Below, piece after piece: positions 37,061-50,352 of a DNA stretch of 64,000 bases (its first letter is position 1; each line of letters opens with the position of its first letter). Under the pieces are notes generated by a model. That model had not been told where the DNA came from. It worked only from the letters and a program-made list of their open reading frames with translations, and did no database searches. The stretch is from Stegostoma tigrinum. Its lineage: Eukaryota. The position numbers and the translations under genes are program-made. The stretch is taken from the NCBI RefSeq assembly GCF_030684315.1, contig NC_081380.1, forward strand, positions 44,294,771 through 44,358,770, in the 5' to 3' direction.

Positions 37061-38759
37061 TGATCAAACTTATGGCCCATTTATCCTAATATCTGCTTAC
37101 ATGGCTCAGAGGGAAATTTGTTTCAGAATGCTCTTGTGCAGTAGGTTTGGATGTTTTACTATATTAAGGCAGTGCATAAATGCTAGCTGTTGCTGTGAGT
37201 TGCAGTGGAACACGCTGCCTCTTCAAAGCTGGGCACAGATTTGATCATCAGGTGGGAAGGATCACAGGCTTATGATGCAGCATATTCAATTTTCTTCTCT
37301 GTGTTCCAACCATGGCTTTACGAGATGAATGGATGAATGGTCCCAAAACCTTCTCTTACACTTGAGCTCAGGTCTGCTCATGTGACTAATGGGATGAAGA
37401 TGTCTCCTGACTGATAAGTGGAATAAATGTGAGCAGTTGCAATGCCGTTCCCTGTCAAAAGTTCTTACTATGTACAAATCTGGCTCTCACTCAATGCCAA
37501 AGTATTTGAAATGGGAATTGAGGAAAAAACTCACACTGGAGCATGAGAAGAGATTGTCTGAGGTGCAGGCTAAGGCACACTGCTGGGACAAAACAGGGAA
37601 CTTTGTATCTAACTGTATTATCTCAAAATGTCTGATGCTTCCAGCCTGAGAAGGGACAGCTTCAAAAGCAAGAAGCAATCATCTTGGTGAACATTAAATC
37701 ATACTGCCTACTCACTAGACAACTTTATACTGAAATCTATGTGCAGTACAGAAGAATCACAGTGTGGAGGGTGTGGGTGCTTCTTCACTGATTTGTGTGA
37801 ATTTAGCTGTGAAGAGGTAGCCCAGACAGCATGGATGTGCCCTGGTGATGCTTAAAAAACTTTTATTTCCTTCCTTCTAAAGCCCTGGTTCAAAGGTAAC
37901 AGGAGACAGGGATGAATTTTTGATAAATCCACAGGAAACAGCAGAGTCTAATATTGGACAGATGACAGATCCCAGATTCCCGTATTCTTGTAGCCAAGTT
38001 GAGAGGTTTTACATAAAACACTAGTGCTTTTTGTTGACTGTCCACTCTTAGCCCAGCATCAATTAAAATGCTGGCAGTAAATGAAAACTGGCCATTCAAG
38101 GTCTGCCCTGGGGTTCTAATTTCAAATCAAATTTAACTGTGGCACACAGGAACAATGGGTCCCAGTCTTCCAGCCTGACTTGAAATTTTCTTTGTCACAT
38201 TTTATAAAGAAAGCCCATTAAAGCTCTCAGAGTACAAAGGCATTCTAGACTTGAGTTGAGCTCTAGAAAGGATAAAAGTCACATACAAACACATTTTACA
38301 GACACTTACTACACAAGGCTTTTGTTATTCTGGACAATTAGGGGCTTTTCTCCCTTCAAAATATTTTAAATTTACTTTCTTTGAGACTAGTTCTGTCCGT
38401 TCATTTTTCTGACCTGCTTGAACTTTGCCATTTTAGTCCTTTTGAAAGGGTGATGATGAGAGCAGTTATAGCACTAATTATGATAATTACATTTTATTCA
38501 AAGATCCCCCTGTGCAATTAGCAACATGAGGATATCCACAGCAGCGAGCTCCCAGGCCCATAGCATAGAAGTGATTAATTCCTACATTTATCACATAACA
38601 CTGTATTTACCTTTTACAGGACCATCTTCAGAGTGTCAGTGTTATAAGGCTACATGTTTGGTGGTATGGAGTGACCCCTAAATTGACAGCTTTTTAAAAA
38701 TTCACTCGTGGGGTGTGGGTGCTGGTGGCTAAACCAGTATTTATTGCGCACCTCTAACT

Positions 38760-39120
38760 ACAGTGGCTCAATCTTGCCACTGAATCTGAGGGTCCTCAGT
38801 TCCGGCACCTATCCAGCGACATTAGCATCTCCTTCAGGTTGACGTTTCCAGTTCAGTACTGAAGAAGTGTTGCACTGTCAAAGGAGCCAATGGCTCAGCA
38901 GAGGTTTAAATTTGAAGCCTTCCAATGGAGATGACAGATCCTATGAAATAATCCCAAACCAAAGCATAAGCAAGTTCTTTCTGGTGTTCCGTGTCTGGTA
39001 TCAGTATGTGGAAGTACGCAGAGTGAAAATTAGCTACATGTCACTTGCAGTACAAAAGCAGTCACATTTCATTGGCTACAAAGTGACCGGAGAAAATAAA
39101 AGACACTTAAGTGAAGACAA
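38760..39120 (+). mobile_element. DeuSINE-like remnant
   Basis: ccagttcagtactgaagaagtgttgcactgtc...ttcattggctacaaagtg. Confidence 0.5.
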
Positions 39121-39424
39121 GGGTTTCCTCTTAAGTAAAACATTCCCACAGATGTGCAAATCTCTCAGTCACTAATTACTTTGGTTTTGTCCACATAGGC
39201 CTGAAATATGAATGAGGCAGTAGCTGTGAATCTGGCAGAATGGAACAGAATGGCCTCATGGAGGGCATTTTTTTCTGGACGTTGACATTGGTCATAAACT
39301 GCATTAATAGTGGTCACCCCGGTCCTCCTGCAGCGCTGACTGCCCCTAACTTTCCAGGATATGATTCTTCAGAGCAGTTAGATAGGCAATGCTAGAGTAA
39401 AATCATATGTACAATAATATGCCA

Positions 39425-39835
39425 TTTTTGAAAAATTCATTCATAGGATCTGGGTATTGCTGGCTGGACTATTATTTGTTGCCCATCTGTAGTTAACTTT
39501 GAGAAGTTGGTGATGAGCTGTCTACTTGAACCACTGCAGTCCATTTGCTGTCAGTAGGCCCCAATGCTGTTAGGGAGGGAGTTCCAGGATGTTGGCCCTG
39601 TAACAATGAAGGAACAGCAAAATAGTTCCAAGTTGGGTGGTGAATGGCTTAGAAAGGAATTGTCAGAAGATGACGTTCCCATGCATCTGCGTCTTGCCTA
39701 TCTAGACAGTAGTGGTCATAGGTTTTGAAGGGCTGTTAAAAGAGACTTTGTGAGTTACTGAAGTGCATTTTGTAGATGGTCCACATTGCTGTCACTGAGC
39801 ATCAGTGGCGGATGGAGTGAATGTTTGTAGATGTG
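39425..39835 (-). mobile_element. 3' end of the second LINE family
   Basis: aaaaattcattcataggatctgggtattgctggctgg..cagtccatttgctg..gtgcattttgtagatggt. Confidence 0.75.
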
Positions 39836-39837
39836 AA

Positions 39838-42800
39838 TCATAGAAGCATAGAATTTACAGTACAGAAGGAGGTCACTCAACCCATCATGTCTGTAGTTGC
39901 TCCTCAAAGGGCTACTCAGCTCATCCCATTCTCCAGCCCTATTTCCATAGCCCTTTAATCATGTTCAAATATATATCTAATTGTCTTTTGAAAACTCATG
40001 TGGAATCTGCATCCACTACTCTTCCAGGTAGCTCATTCCAAATTCTAACAACTCTCTCTGAGTAAAGAAGTTTCTCCTCATCTCAATTCTAATCCTCTTG
40101 TTTATAATCTTGAAATTGTGACCCCTAGCTGCTGACATACTAACTAGTGGAAACAGAACATCTTCTTTACCCAATTAAAATTGTTCATAATTTTGGATAC
40201 TTCAGCAAGGTCATTGCTTAATCTTGTTGCTCAAAGGCTAATAAGCCCCAATTTCTCTAATCTTTCCTTGTATTTAAAACCCCTTATTCCTGCTTTCATT
40301 CTAGTAAATGCAATTCGTACTCTCTCCAGGGCTTTAGCATCCTTAAATAAGGTGCCCAAACTGACCACAACACCCCAAATGCGGTCTGATCAATGATTTG
40401 CAGAGATCCAGCATCACTTCCTTTCCTTTATATTCCATGTCCCTGTTTATAAACCCAAGGATCCTATTAGCCTTCTTAACAACTGTTTCAATTTTCCTGG
40501 CCACCTTCAGAGAATTACACAGGTGAACCCTGCGGTCCTTGCGCTCCTGTACTCTACTCAAAATTGTACCATTGACGTTACATTGTCTCTCCATGTTGCT
40601 TTTACCAAAGTACATTACCTCACAATTCTCTTCAATGAAATTTATCTGCCAGGTGACTTCCCATTTGGCCAACTTGTCAATGTTCCCCTGAAGTCGCTTT
40701 GCGTCATCCTCACAATTCACTATTGTCAGTAGCTTAGTATCATCTGTAAATTCAGCAAGTTTGCCCTGAACACCAAATCCAAATTGTTTACATAAATCAA
40801 AAAAAAACAACAGTCCCAACATCCATCCTCTGGGGAACTTCATTTTCAACATGTCTCCAAACTGACCCACTGACTGTCATCTAAACCTACCCTGTACTTC
40901 TTATCTTTTAGCTAACTACTAATCCACGCTGTCAAAGACTCGTCGATCCCAAACATTTCAAATTTGCTAACCGACCTGCCACATGGCACAGTATCAAATT
41001 TTCCGGAAGTCCAAATATACAACATCCACAGCACAACCCTCACCCATTGCCTGTGTCACCTTGTTAAAGAACTCAGTCAAATTTGTCAGATACAAATTTG
41101 TGTCAGGTTTCCCACTACTGACATCAAGCTGACAGGTCTGTAGTTTCCTGGGTTATTGTTTGCCCTTTTCTTAAACAATAGTGTCACATTTACAATCCTT
41201 CAGTCCCCAGGGCTAATCCTGGAAAATTTCTGTCAATGGCTCCGCAATTTGTTCCTTTACCTCTCTCAGCAATCTAGGATGCAGCCCATCAGACCTAGCA
41301 ACTTTTCTATCAGGTGTGTTGCCAATGTTTTAGCACCTGTTCTTGATCTTTCACTATACTGCTCGGTTGCTCAACATCCATATTTTAAATTAAGCCGTTG
41401 TCACCATTTTCCAATTTGGTAAAGATAAAAACAAGTACTTATTTAGTACTTCTGCCATATCCTTTACTTCAGTGAGCAGCTTATCCTGCTTGTTCCTTAT
41501 GGGTCTTACTCTATCTTTCACTAACCTTTTACCATTAATAGTTTGAAGAACATTTTACTATTTGTTTTAGCATAGTCTGCCTTCTGTTCCTCATGGTTCC
41601 TTTTAGCATTCCTCATTCCAGCCTTAGTGTCTATCCTATATTTGAGATATCCTTCCTAATTTTTATTGCTATTAATATTCCGGTATGCATCATACACCGC
41701 ATTTTTCTTCCTTATTTCTTATCAATATCTTTAGTCATCCAGGATACTCTAGTTTTGGATACCCGGTATTTATTTCCTGGGGGTATATACTTTGCTTGCA
41801 CTCTATTCATTATTCTTTTGAAATTCTCCCATTTTTCATCTGTCATTTTATCCACCAAAATGTGTTTCTGATCAACCTGCTCCAGTGTGACTTTTAGACC
41901 CCTAAAATATGTCCTTTTCCTGGATGGAATCTTTATCATTGACTGATTTTTATCCTTTTCCAACTTAATATTGAACCTAATTATATTATGATTGCTATTT
42001 CCCAAAGGCTCCCTCACTCTGGTGTTCTCCATTTGGCCTGTCTTATTCCATGGGAGCAGATCTAGAACAGCTTCCTCCCCACTATGACTGGAAACGTGCT
42101 GTTCCAGAAACTTCTCCTGCACTCACTTCAGGAATTTCTCCCCCTCCATGCCCCATGTGATACTTCCCCCCCCAGTCTACCCTATAGTAACTGAAATCAC
42201 CAACTATCATAACACTCCTTGTCCTGCAAATTCCCATAATCTCCCTAGACGTCTCTTCTACTTTCTTCCCACTATTTGGAGGTCTGTAATAAATACCCAA
42301 CAAAGTCGCTGCTACCTTTCTGTTTTTCACCTACAACCAGAGATTCTATTGCAGTAACTGGCAATGATACTATCTTTGACCAAGACTGTTGCACCTCCTC
42401 CCTTTTCACCCGCCCTGTTTCTACTAAAAGTCTTATAACCCAAGATTTTAAGTATTCAGATAACAAGGTGTTGATCTGGAAGAATGCAGCAGGCCAGGCA
42501 GCATCAGTGAAGCAGGAAAGCTGACGTCTCGGGTCTGGACCCTTCTTCAAATTTGCTAACCGATCTGCCACGTGACACAGTATCAAATTTTACGCAAGTC
42601 CAAACAAACAACATTCACAGCCTTCAGAAGAAGGGTCCAGGTCTGAAACATCGGCTTTCCTGTTCCTCTGATGCTGCCTGGCCTGCTGTGTTCATCCAGC
42701 TCTACACTTTGTTATCTCAGACTCCACATCAGCAGTTCCTATTATCTCTATGTTAAGTATGCAGTCCTGTTCTGGCGATGCTTCTGTCAATACTGCCATA

Positions 42801-43135
42801 TCATATACCTCTATAGAAATGTTTGCATGCAGTTCCCCAATTATTTTCACTATATTCCGTGCATTTACATGTAAAAAATTTAACCCTGTTTTCTTTCTTG
42901 TCTGTTGGTGCACTGTCAATACTTAAGCCTTCCCTCACTTTTTTTTGTCCATTCCCCATCTTTTCCCTTTTGCCCTCTCTAGCAGTTCCAAAACTAAACC
43001 CATTAGTCAACCCATGCCTGCCTTACAAGCTTAAATCTACCCCACTACACTATTTACTCTCTCAGCCAGTAGATTAATTCCAATTCTGCTCAGGCGAAGT
43101 CCACCTCTTCTGAACAGCTTTTCCTTTCTCGGTGT
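39838..43135 (-). mobile_element. Decayed CR1 LINE covering most of ORF2
   Basis: EFTDDTKL..LQGNIDKLAKWEVTWQINF, SLIRPHL, APE pieces LLGIYYRPPNS, MIVGDF, LGNSNHNIIRF, FLHVNARNIVK. Confidence 0.9.
42458..42752. mobile_element. Palindromic Penelope pLTR mini element with captured 76-bp spacer
   Basis: Inverted arms ~42458-42549 and ~42622-42718 plus tail; TSD ttaagtattcag 42448-42459 / ttaagtatgcag 42753-42764; spacer matches 40957-41032. Confidence 0.9.
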
Positions 43136-43607
43136 GGTGTCAATCAAGCTTTTTTCCTAGATGGTGGGAAGCTCCTCGAATGTTGTTGAGCTGCACTCAT
43201 TCAGGCAAAGAGTATTCTATCACACCCCTGACTTGTGCTTGGGATGGCGTCCTGTGAAGACAGTGAGCTATGAGGATGGGCAGATCAGTCAACTGATGGT
43301 TGCAGCATTGGATGGGGGCTATTTTAGTAGAGATATCATGACATTACACCTCCAGGAATACATCCAACCGGAACTGGCCACCTTATACTGATTACCATTC
43401 TTTCTGGTGCAGTGTATGGCTCTGGGATCTGTCCCATAACATTAACAAATTAACAAGAATCCAAATGAGTAACTTTTTGATTGAAGAGATTCTAACTGTA
43501 AAGAAGAGATCCTCAGAAAATCCTGCTTTTTGTTAGCTAGTTGGGTCCCACCAGGTAAGAATACTTCATGATGTTTTGTTGAAAAAGAGTTTATTTTGGT
43601 TCTGTAC

Positions 43608-43806
43608 AATTTTTTTTATGCATTCACAGGATGAGGGCAACTCTGGTATGCAATTCCCCTATTACCCTTGAATGAGTGAGTGCTTTGCTTGGCCATTTCA
43701 AAATAAGTGAAGAGTTAACTATGTTGATGCAGAACTGAAGCCACATGTAGGTCCAGACCAGGTGTGGATGTCAGTTTTCTTTCCTTAAAGGGCATCAATG
43801 AATCAG
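43608..43806 (-). mobile_element. SINE 3' half (family of 55668-55995)
   Basis: agagttaactatgttg..gccacatgtaggtccagaccaggtg..ttccttaaagggcatcaatgaatcag. Confidence 0.6.
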
Positions 43807-43807
43807 G

Positions 43808-43912
43808 TTCCTTCTGAGGAAGGGTCACTGGACCCAAAATATTAACTCTTATTTTTTCTCTAGATATGTTGCCAGACATGCTGAGCTTTTCCAGGAAATT
43901 CTGTTTTTGTTC
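43808..43912 (+). mobile_element. Penelope pLTR fragment (family B variant) with hammerhead-like motif
   Basis: CTGAGGA-A-GGGTC(ACTG)GACCC-aAAA at 43814-43839, then tail gccagacatgctgagcttttccag. Confidence 0.65.
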
Positions 43913-43914
43913 CT

Positions 43915-44318
43915 GGATAGGTTGGGACTTTTTCACTGGAGCGTAGGAAGTCGAGGGGTGCCCATATAAAATTATGAGGGGCAGAGATAAGGTGCATAGC
44001 AAAGGTTTTTTCCCCAGTGCGGGGGAGGTCAAAACCAGCGGGGATGCTTTTAAGGTGAGAGGAGAAAGATTTGAAAGGGGCCTGCGAGGCAACTTTATCA
44101 CATTAAGGGTGGTTCGAATGTGGAATGAGCTGTCAGAGGAGGTGGTAGATGCAAGTATAGTTACAATGTTTAAAAGACATTTGCATAGGTACGTAAATAG
44201 GAAAGGTTTAGAGGGATATGGGCCAATCACAGGCTGGTGGGACAAGTTTAGTTTGGGAAACTTGGTCAGCATGGATGAGTTAGACTAAAGGGTCTGTTTC
44301 TGTTCTGTATGACTTCAT
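43915..44318 (+). mobile_element. HER1/CR1 3' fragment
   Basis: FKVRGERFERGLRGNF..RVVRMWNEL..FKRHL; tail aagggtctgtttc. Confidence 0.88.
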
Positions 44319-45656
44319 TTGTTCAGGCTCCCACATAGCCAACATAACCATTACTCTTGAATGCCTATTTGCTTGGGTCAGGCACTAGCTGTACACTTCA
44401 GTGGCTTGAACTCAAATCCACATTGGTTGAGATAAGATTGCTATCTCCATTGGTTACAAGAGTACTTCATGTAACGAGGTTCTGTATAATACTGAAAGGA
44501 CTGCATAGAAATAGCACTCGTTCTCAGAAAAGGGAGAGAAATGGGAATTTGTTTAACATTGGCAGAGTAAGATTTGCTCCCTTGAGGGCGAAGTTAGGAT
44601 GCACAGTGTCGTAGAATGGAACAATTTTTATTTGGCACTCCTGCTTCTCCTGGCCCCACAAAAATAATTTTCACACTTAGCTTGAACAGTCTCTGTTTTC
44701 TTACTGAATGAAATATTGATGGTAAATAGCTAAAATTTCTTTGAGGAGAATAGTAAGTACCTAGTAAGAGTCTTGACTTGCAATGAGTGTTGAAGCTCCT
44801 ACGTGGTGTCCAAATAGACAAAGTGATTATCTGGCTGACAGCTCTGGGAGGGAACACTTAGAAGTAATGTGGTGATAAGTCTACCACTTCCATTTTAACT
44901 TGTCTACTGCCTGTTTTCCTGTGGGTGGAGAGAGTTAAACTCATCCAACTAATTCTAGTGATGATAATAAATTGAAACAGCCGCTAACAAAACATTTACT
45001 TGCTGACTTTGCTGAAGCAATGTCAGCTGCAAAGTTTGAGAGTTTCTAGAAAAAGTTAAACACTGAATATAATGAAGACATTTCCTGTGGAGTTTCATGC
45101 AATAAATCTTCCCAAAAATCTGCTTTTTAGAAAGGAATTGGGAAAGAACAGATTTTGCAAAATAAAGTAGATATTTCCGAAAGAAGTTGTAAACAGAACC
45201 AGCTTTAAACAAGCGAAATCTGTGACTTTGACAGGAGGCTGAGGTTGGGCCATATATCAGAGATGAATAGAGTGAGGAAGTGTTTGGGAAACAGTTAGTA
45301 AATTATATGCTAGCCAGTCAGGCTGTCTCCAAGGGTGTGGAGAACCATTGCCAGAAAGGCAGCTATATGCATGCTATTCACAAGCAAGGATCTCTCTACC
45401 TGGGTTCAACACCAGTAAATTAACACAACCAGCAGGGTGGCTATTAACATACTGAATTTTAGCTGCACCCCTGCAGTCATAAGTTAGAGTTCCAAGACTG
45501 TCTCAAAATTATAAATCTGGCAGCAAGGAGAGCCAAGTTTCATCAAAGTTCTTGGTTATACATGAGTGTCACTGGTGAAATTGGTGGGCTCGGTTGTTTC
45601 ACCCTTCCAGCTTGGAGGAGAGTGAAAGCCATTAAGTGGAGAAATCTTGAAGAAAA

Positions 45657-46182
45657 GAGACAACAAAATGTGAAGATAATAAAATGTGAGGCTGGATGAA
45701 CACAGCAGGCCAAGCAGCATCCAAAACCAGCCCAGCCTGTCTCTGCCTCCCTAACCTGTTCTTCCTCTCACCCATCCCTTCCTCCCACCCCAAGCCGCAC
45801 CTCCATCTCCTACCTACTAACCTCATCCCACCTCCTTGACCTGTCCATCTTCCCTGGACTGACCTATCCCCTCCCTACCTCCCCACCTATACTCTCCTCT
45901 CCACCTATCTTCTTTACTCACCATCTTCGGTCCGCCTCCCCCTCTCTCCCTATTTATTCCAGTTCCCTCCCCCCATCCCCCTCTCTGATGAAGGGTCTAG
46001 GCCCGAAACGTCAGCTTTTGTGCTCCTGAGATGCTGCTGGGCCTGCTGTCTTCATCCAGCTTCACACTTTATTCTCTTGGATTCTCCAGCATCTGCAGTC
46101 CCCCATTATCACTAGGCCAAGCAGCATCTCAGGAGCACAAATACTGACGTTTCGGGCCTAGACCCTTCAGCCGAGACCCTTC
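45657..46182. mobile_element. Composite Penelope pLTR insertion (forward copy inside an inverted copy)
   Basis: Outer TSD atcttgaagaaaa 45644-45656 / 46183-46195; inner duplication aggccaagcagcatc 45707-45721 / 46114-46128; intact hammerhead motif 45985-46012. Confidence 0.88.
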
Positions 46183-46229
46183 ATCTTGAAGAAAATATGT
46201 CTTTCCAGGTCCGCAACTAAGAATCATTC

Positions 46230-46415
46230 TTATTGCTACCCTTTTCCTGCTTTAAGATGCTCCTTAAAATCTACACCTTTAGCCAACTTTTGTGTCACCT
46301 ATCCTCTAATATCTGCTGAAGTACTCTGTATCAAATTTTGGAAGTTAACATCCTTGTGAAGTGCCTGGGGATGTTTTACTACATAAACAGATACTATATA
46401 AACACAGGTTCTTGT
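46230..46415 (+). mobile_element. L2-type LINE 3' tail
   Basis: tttaagatgctccttaaaatctac...gtgaagtgcctggggatgttttactac...ctatataaa. Confidence 0.6.
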
Positions 46416-46789
46416 CATTGATGCAAGTGATATAAGATATTTGACAATAAAATATCTTTTTATCCTGTTTATTGTAGCTTATTGGTCCCTGGGTCTCACA
46501 CCTTAATTCAGCTGAGAAAATTATTCAGTCCTCTGGTGAAGCTGCTGCTCAGTTTGTTACTTGATGATGTGCTAGAGCAGCTGGGGTTACTTGGCAACCA
46601 GTGTCTGAAATCCCCCTCTGTCTGAAACAGCACCTGAGCTTTCACCTCATACACTATTCATGCGTTTGTCATGTGCATCCAATGTGCCCAGTAATCTCAA
46701 TAGAAATATCCAATATATGTTACAGCTATAATAACCAATTACAATGTAGGACACTGATTTTAAAACAACTGACATAGACCCTGGGGAAT

Positions 46790-47058
46790 CCCATTTTAGT
46801 GAGTTGTTGAGGGCACTGGGGAGAATTCAATTATTCTTGTTCAAAATAGCATTGTAGAGAAGTTTACATTCACCAGACAAGCCAGATGTGGCCTCAGTTT
46901 AACACTGCGTCGGAAAGGCAGCACCTCTAACTGTGTAGCACTCGCCCAGTAATGCATGGGAACATCAGACTGGAGTATTTGCTTAAGTCTGTGCCATGGA
47001 ACGTGAATCCACAGTTTTATGACTCAAAAGCAAGACTGCTACTCACTGAGTTACAGTT
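46790..47058 (-). mobile_element. DeuSINE-like remnant (5' half)
   Basis: ggcctcagtttaac..tcggaaaggcagcacctctaactgtgtagcactc. Confidence 0.65.
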
Positions 47059-47076
47059 AATACCATGTGAATACTT

Positions 47077-47292
47077 AAATAAAAGCAAAATACTATAGGT
47101 TCCAGAAATCTGAAATAAAAACAGGAAATGCTTCAGAAACTCAGCAGGTTGGGCAGCATCGGTGATGAGAGAAACAGCATTAACATTTTGAGTCTGATCT
47201 GACTCTTCTTCAGAACTAACTCAAACATGCTGGATTTGAAATGTTAACTCTTCTTCTCTCTCCATAGTCGAGTTTCTTCAGCATTCTGAATT
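47077..47292. mobile_element. Old fold-back Penelope pLTR remnant (family B)
   Basis: Inverted arm ending ttgagtctgatctgactcttcttcagaact (rev. comp. CTGAAGA-A-GAGTC..GACTC), then short forward arm gaaatgttaactc..ctctctcca. Confidence 0.6.
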
Positions 47293-47534
47293 TATACGAG
47301 CTAAATACTTGCTTGACAAAACATTTTCTGTTGCCTTTGAACATCTAAAAATATCAGCAACAACCAAAAACGAATCCTTAGATATGAATTTAGCTGTCAA
47401 CACTGAGCAACACTGTATGGAACAAAAATACTCCATAAGAGAGGCAATCAAAAACAAGGCATAGAAATTAATCATCTGTGGTGGTGCAAACAGGAGCTAT
47501 TGGATCAATTGCCTGTTACTCCAGCATCTGATAG

Positions 47535-47850
47535 TCTCATCATAGAACCCCTGAAACAGGCCCTTCAGCCCAACAAGTCCACACTGAACCTCACAGCATC
47601 CCAACCAGACCCATCCCACATAACCCACCTAATCTATACATCCCTGAACACTTTGGCAATTTTTCATGGCGAATCCACTTAGCTTGTGCATCCTTGGACT
47701 GTTGGAGGAAACCGGAGCACCTGGAGGAAACCCATGCAGACACAGGGATAATGTGCAAACTTCACACAGACAGTCGCCTGAGGATGGAATCAAACACGGG
47801 TCCCTGGTGCCGTGAAGCAGCAGTGCTAACCACTGAGCCACCATGTCACC
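47535..47850 (-). mobile_element. HE1-type V-SINE
   Basis: Aligns with 19872-20192 and 24263-24571. Confidence 0.9.
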
Positions 47851-48794
47851 CATTCTGTTTAATTGCAGTCACAAATTTCTACTCCATACTTCTTTTAGAA
47901 GAGATTGATCCTGTTAATTTGAATTTATTCAGTTGTGTTGTGTTTAATTGCAGTAATATTTCAATACTGCTTTCCAAATGCTGCTTATCCACTAATTCAC
48001 GCTCTGCAAGTAGATCTTCTTGTATTCCTTGTTGCCAAGTTTTTAAAATGGCTCACAACTATTTCTAGTCAATGAGTTTATCCATATCAGCCTTTTGTCA
48101 TCCACCTCAATGAACGCATCAAATCTAAAGCTGAGGCTGTTTATGTCTGAGTGGAGCCTCAAGTGTTGATTTTAAGTGGTTGTTCCAGGTGGGATGCTGA
48201 ATAATACCAGAAATCTCACACAGAACAGTGGTTCCCAAAGAGGAACTACCCCCTTTTATCTCCTGCAGCAGGAATACAGGGAAAGCCTTTTAGCATATAC
48301 GAATATTTAACCAGTAGTCGGGAATGGTTAGTTCACGGCTGTTTTGAAAATGTCACTGAGGATAACTGATATCTTCAATTCACCTGTGCAGCAAATTCCA
48401 GGTCATTTTGCCGTACTGTTAAATCTCAGTAAAAGTGACAACTAGTTATTCATCTCATGGGGGACGCTGTTAGTCTAAAACAGCTGCCTGATTTACCTAC
48501 ATGACAATCATCTCATCTCAAGGAATATTTCATTGCTAGAATTATTTTGAGAGGTTTGCCTGAAGCTGCATTATGTTATATAAATGCAAGGACTTTTAAA
48601 AAAAAATTCCCTTTCCATGGCACTGACTTTGTTTCACGAACTTGTGAATCCTCATATTTTTTCTTCCCTGAATAAAGCTTATCTGCTTGCTATAGTTGGC
48701 AGTCTTAATTGAAATTGTTTTCACAATGATATACTGCAATGTTCACTTTTCAAAATAGATCTCTTCGGGAAAAGTTGAAGGAATGAGCAGAAAT

Positions 48795-49075
48795 GAAAAG
48801 ACTTACATTTCTATAACATCATTCAGAACTATAGGACAGTACAAAGTATTTTGTACACAATTGATCACTTTTTGAGATGTAGTCAATATTGTAACTTAAG
48901 AAATGTGATAACCAATTTGTGGACAGATATGTTCCAAAAACAGCAATATAATAATGTCGGTCAAGGGATAAATATTAAGCAGGATGTTGAGGGGAGAACC
49001 CTAGCTCATCTCGGAGTAGTCCACGGAATACAGCTAACAGAACAGATAGGGCCTAGGTTTAATGCTCAGAAGTCT
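48795..49075 (-). mobile_element. DeuSINE-like remnant (3' half)
   Basis: gacttacatttctataac..gtagtcaatattgtaa..agggataaatatt..ggggagaac. Confidence 0.6.
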
Positions 49076-49479
49076 TAAACAGTTACAATACTAATGAACA
49101 GCTTCAAGCTTCAAATACTCTGTTAATCACAGTTAAAAGGTCAAAATGGAGCTTCCAAAGTCTTGTAATAGCAGTGGTGACTATGAAACTACCAGATTGA
49201 TATTTGCCCTTTTGGTAGGAAATGGTGGGGATTTCTACTTACTCTGACATTATCCTGCTCTCACTACACAAATATTGACACAATTCTGGGGTCACCCTAC
49301 AAATACTGGCATGGTCCAAAGGATATCCTACAACTACTGACACACTCCTGGGTCCCTGCAATCAGTAAACACATTCTTGAAAGTCCTAGAGAAAAACTGG
49401 AATGCTTTCAACAGTTTCCAGCAAAAACTAACATCCAAAGCCCATACAAATGCTGAAATAAGCCAGGGAGTCCTGCAAC

Positions 49480-50232
49480 AAATACAATACAATACAGCAC
49501 AATAAGAGGCCCTTCCACCCTCCAAGCCTGTGCCAATTCCTAATCCTTATTTAGACCGGCTACTTATTACCCATACACGGTATCTATCCAACTATTAGCC
49601 TCACATTCATGTGTCTGTCAAGATATGTCTTAAACATTGCTAACGTGCGTGCTTCCACCACATCTACTGGCAGTGTGTGAAAAAAATTTCCTTGCACGTA
49701 TCATCTGAACCTTTCCCTCTCACCTTGAACTTGTGTCCCCTTGTGGTTGATCTTTCCTCCCTGGGGAAAAGCCTCTGGCTATCCATCCTATCTGTGCCTC
49801 TCATAATTTTGTAGACCTCTATCAGGTCACCCCTTTAGCGTCCGTCTTTCCTGTGAAAACAAGATGAGTTTATCCAACCTTTCCTCATAAATATCCTGGT
49901 ACACCTTATCTGCATCCTCTCCAAATCATCCATGTCTTGTTGGTAATGTGGTGACCAGAACTGCATGCAATATTCCAAATGTGGCCTTATTAAAATTTTG
50001 TACAGCTATAACATAGCTTGCCAATTTTTATATTCAAAGTCCTGGCTGATGAAGGCAAGCAAGCTGAATGCCTCCTTGACCTCCTGATTCACCTGTGTTG
50101 CTACTTTTGGGGATCTGTCGACTTGTATGCCGGATCTCTCTGTATATCAATGCTCCTCAGAGTTCTGCCATTTATTGTATAATTTGCATCTGAATTTCCA
50201 AATGCATCACCTTGCATTTGTTTAGATTTAAA
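49480..50232 (-). mobile_element. CR1 3' portion
   Basis: Homologous to 4150-4920 (gtgaccagaactgc..tattccaaatgtggcc, aaatgcatcacc). Confidence 0.85.
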
Positions 50233-50254
50233 CATTGCAGGGAACCCACTGTCT

Positions 50255-50352
50255 TTGATTTGATTTGATTTGATTTAATTTACTATTGTCACATGTACGG
50301 AGATACAGTGAAAAGTATTGTTTTGAATACTGTCCAAATGAATCATACCTTA
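50255..50352 (-). mobile_element. Rex1-like 3' tail with (TCAAA)n end
   Basis: (tttga)n then tattgtcacatgtacggagatacagtgaaaag. Confidence 0.55.
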
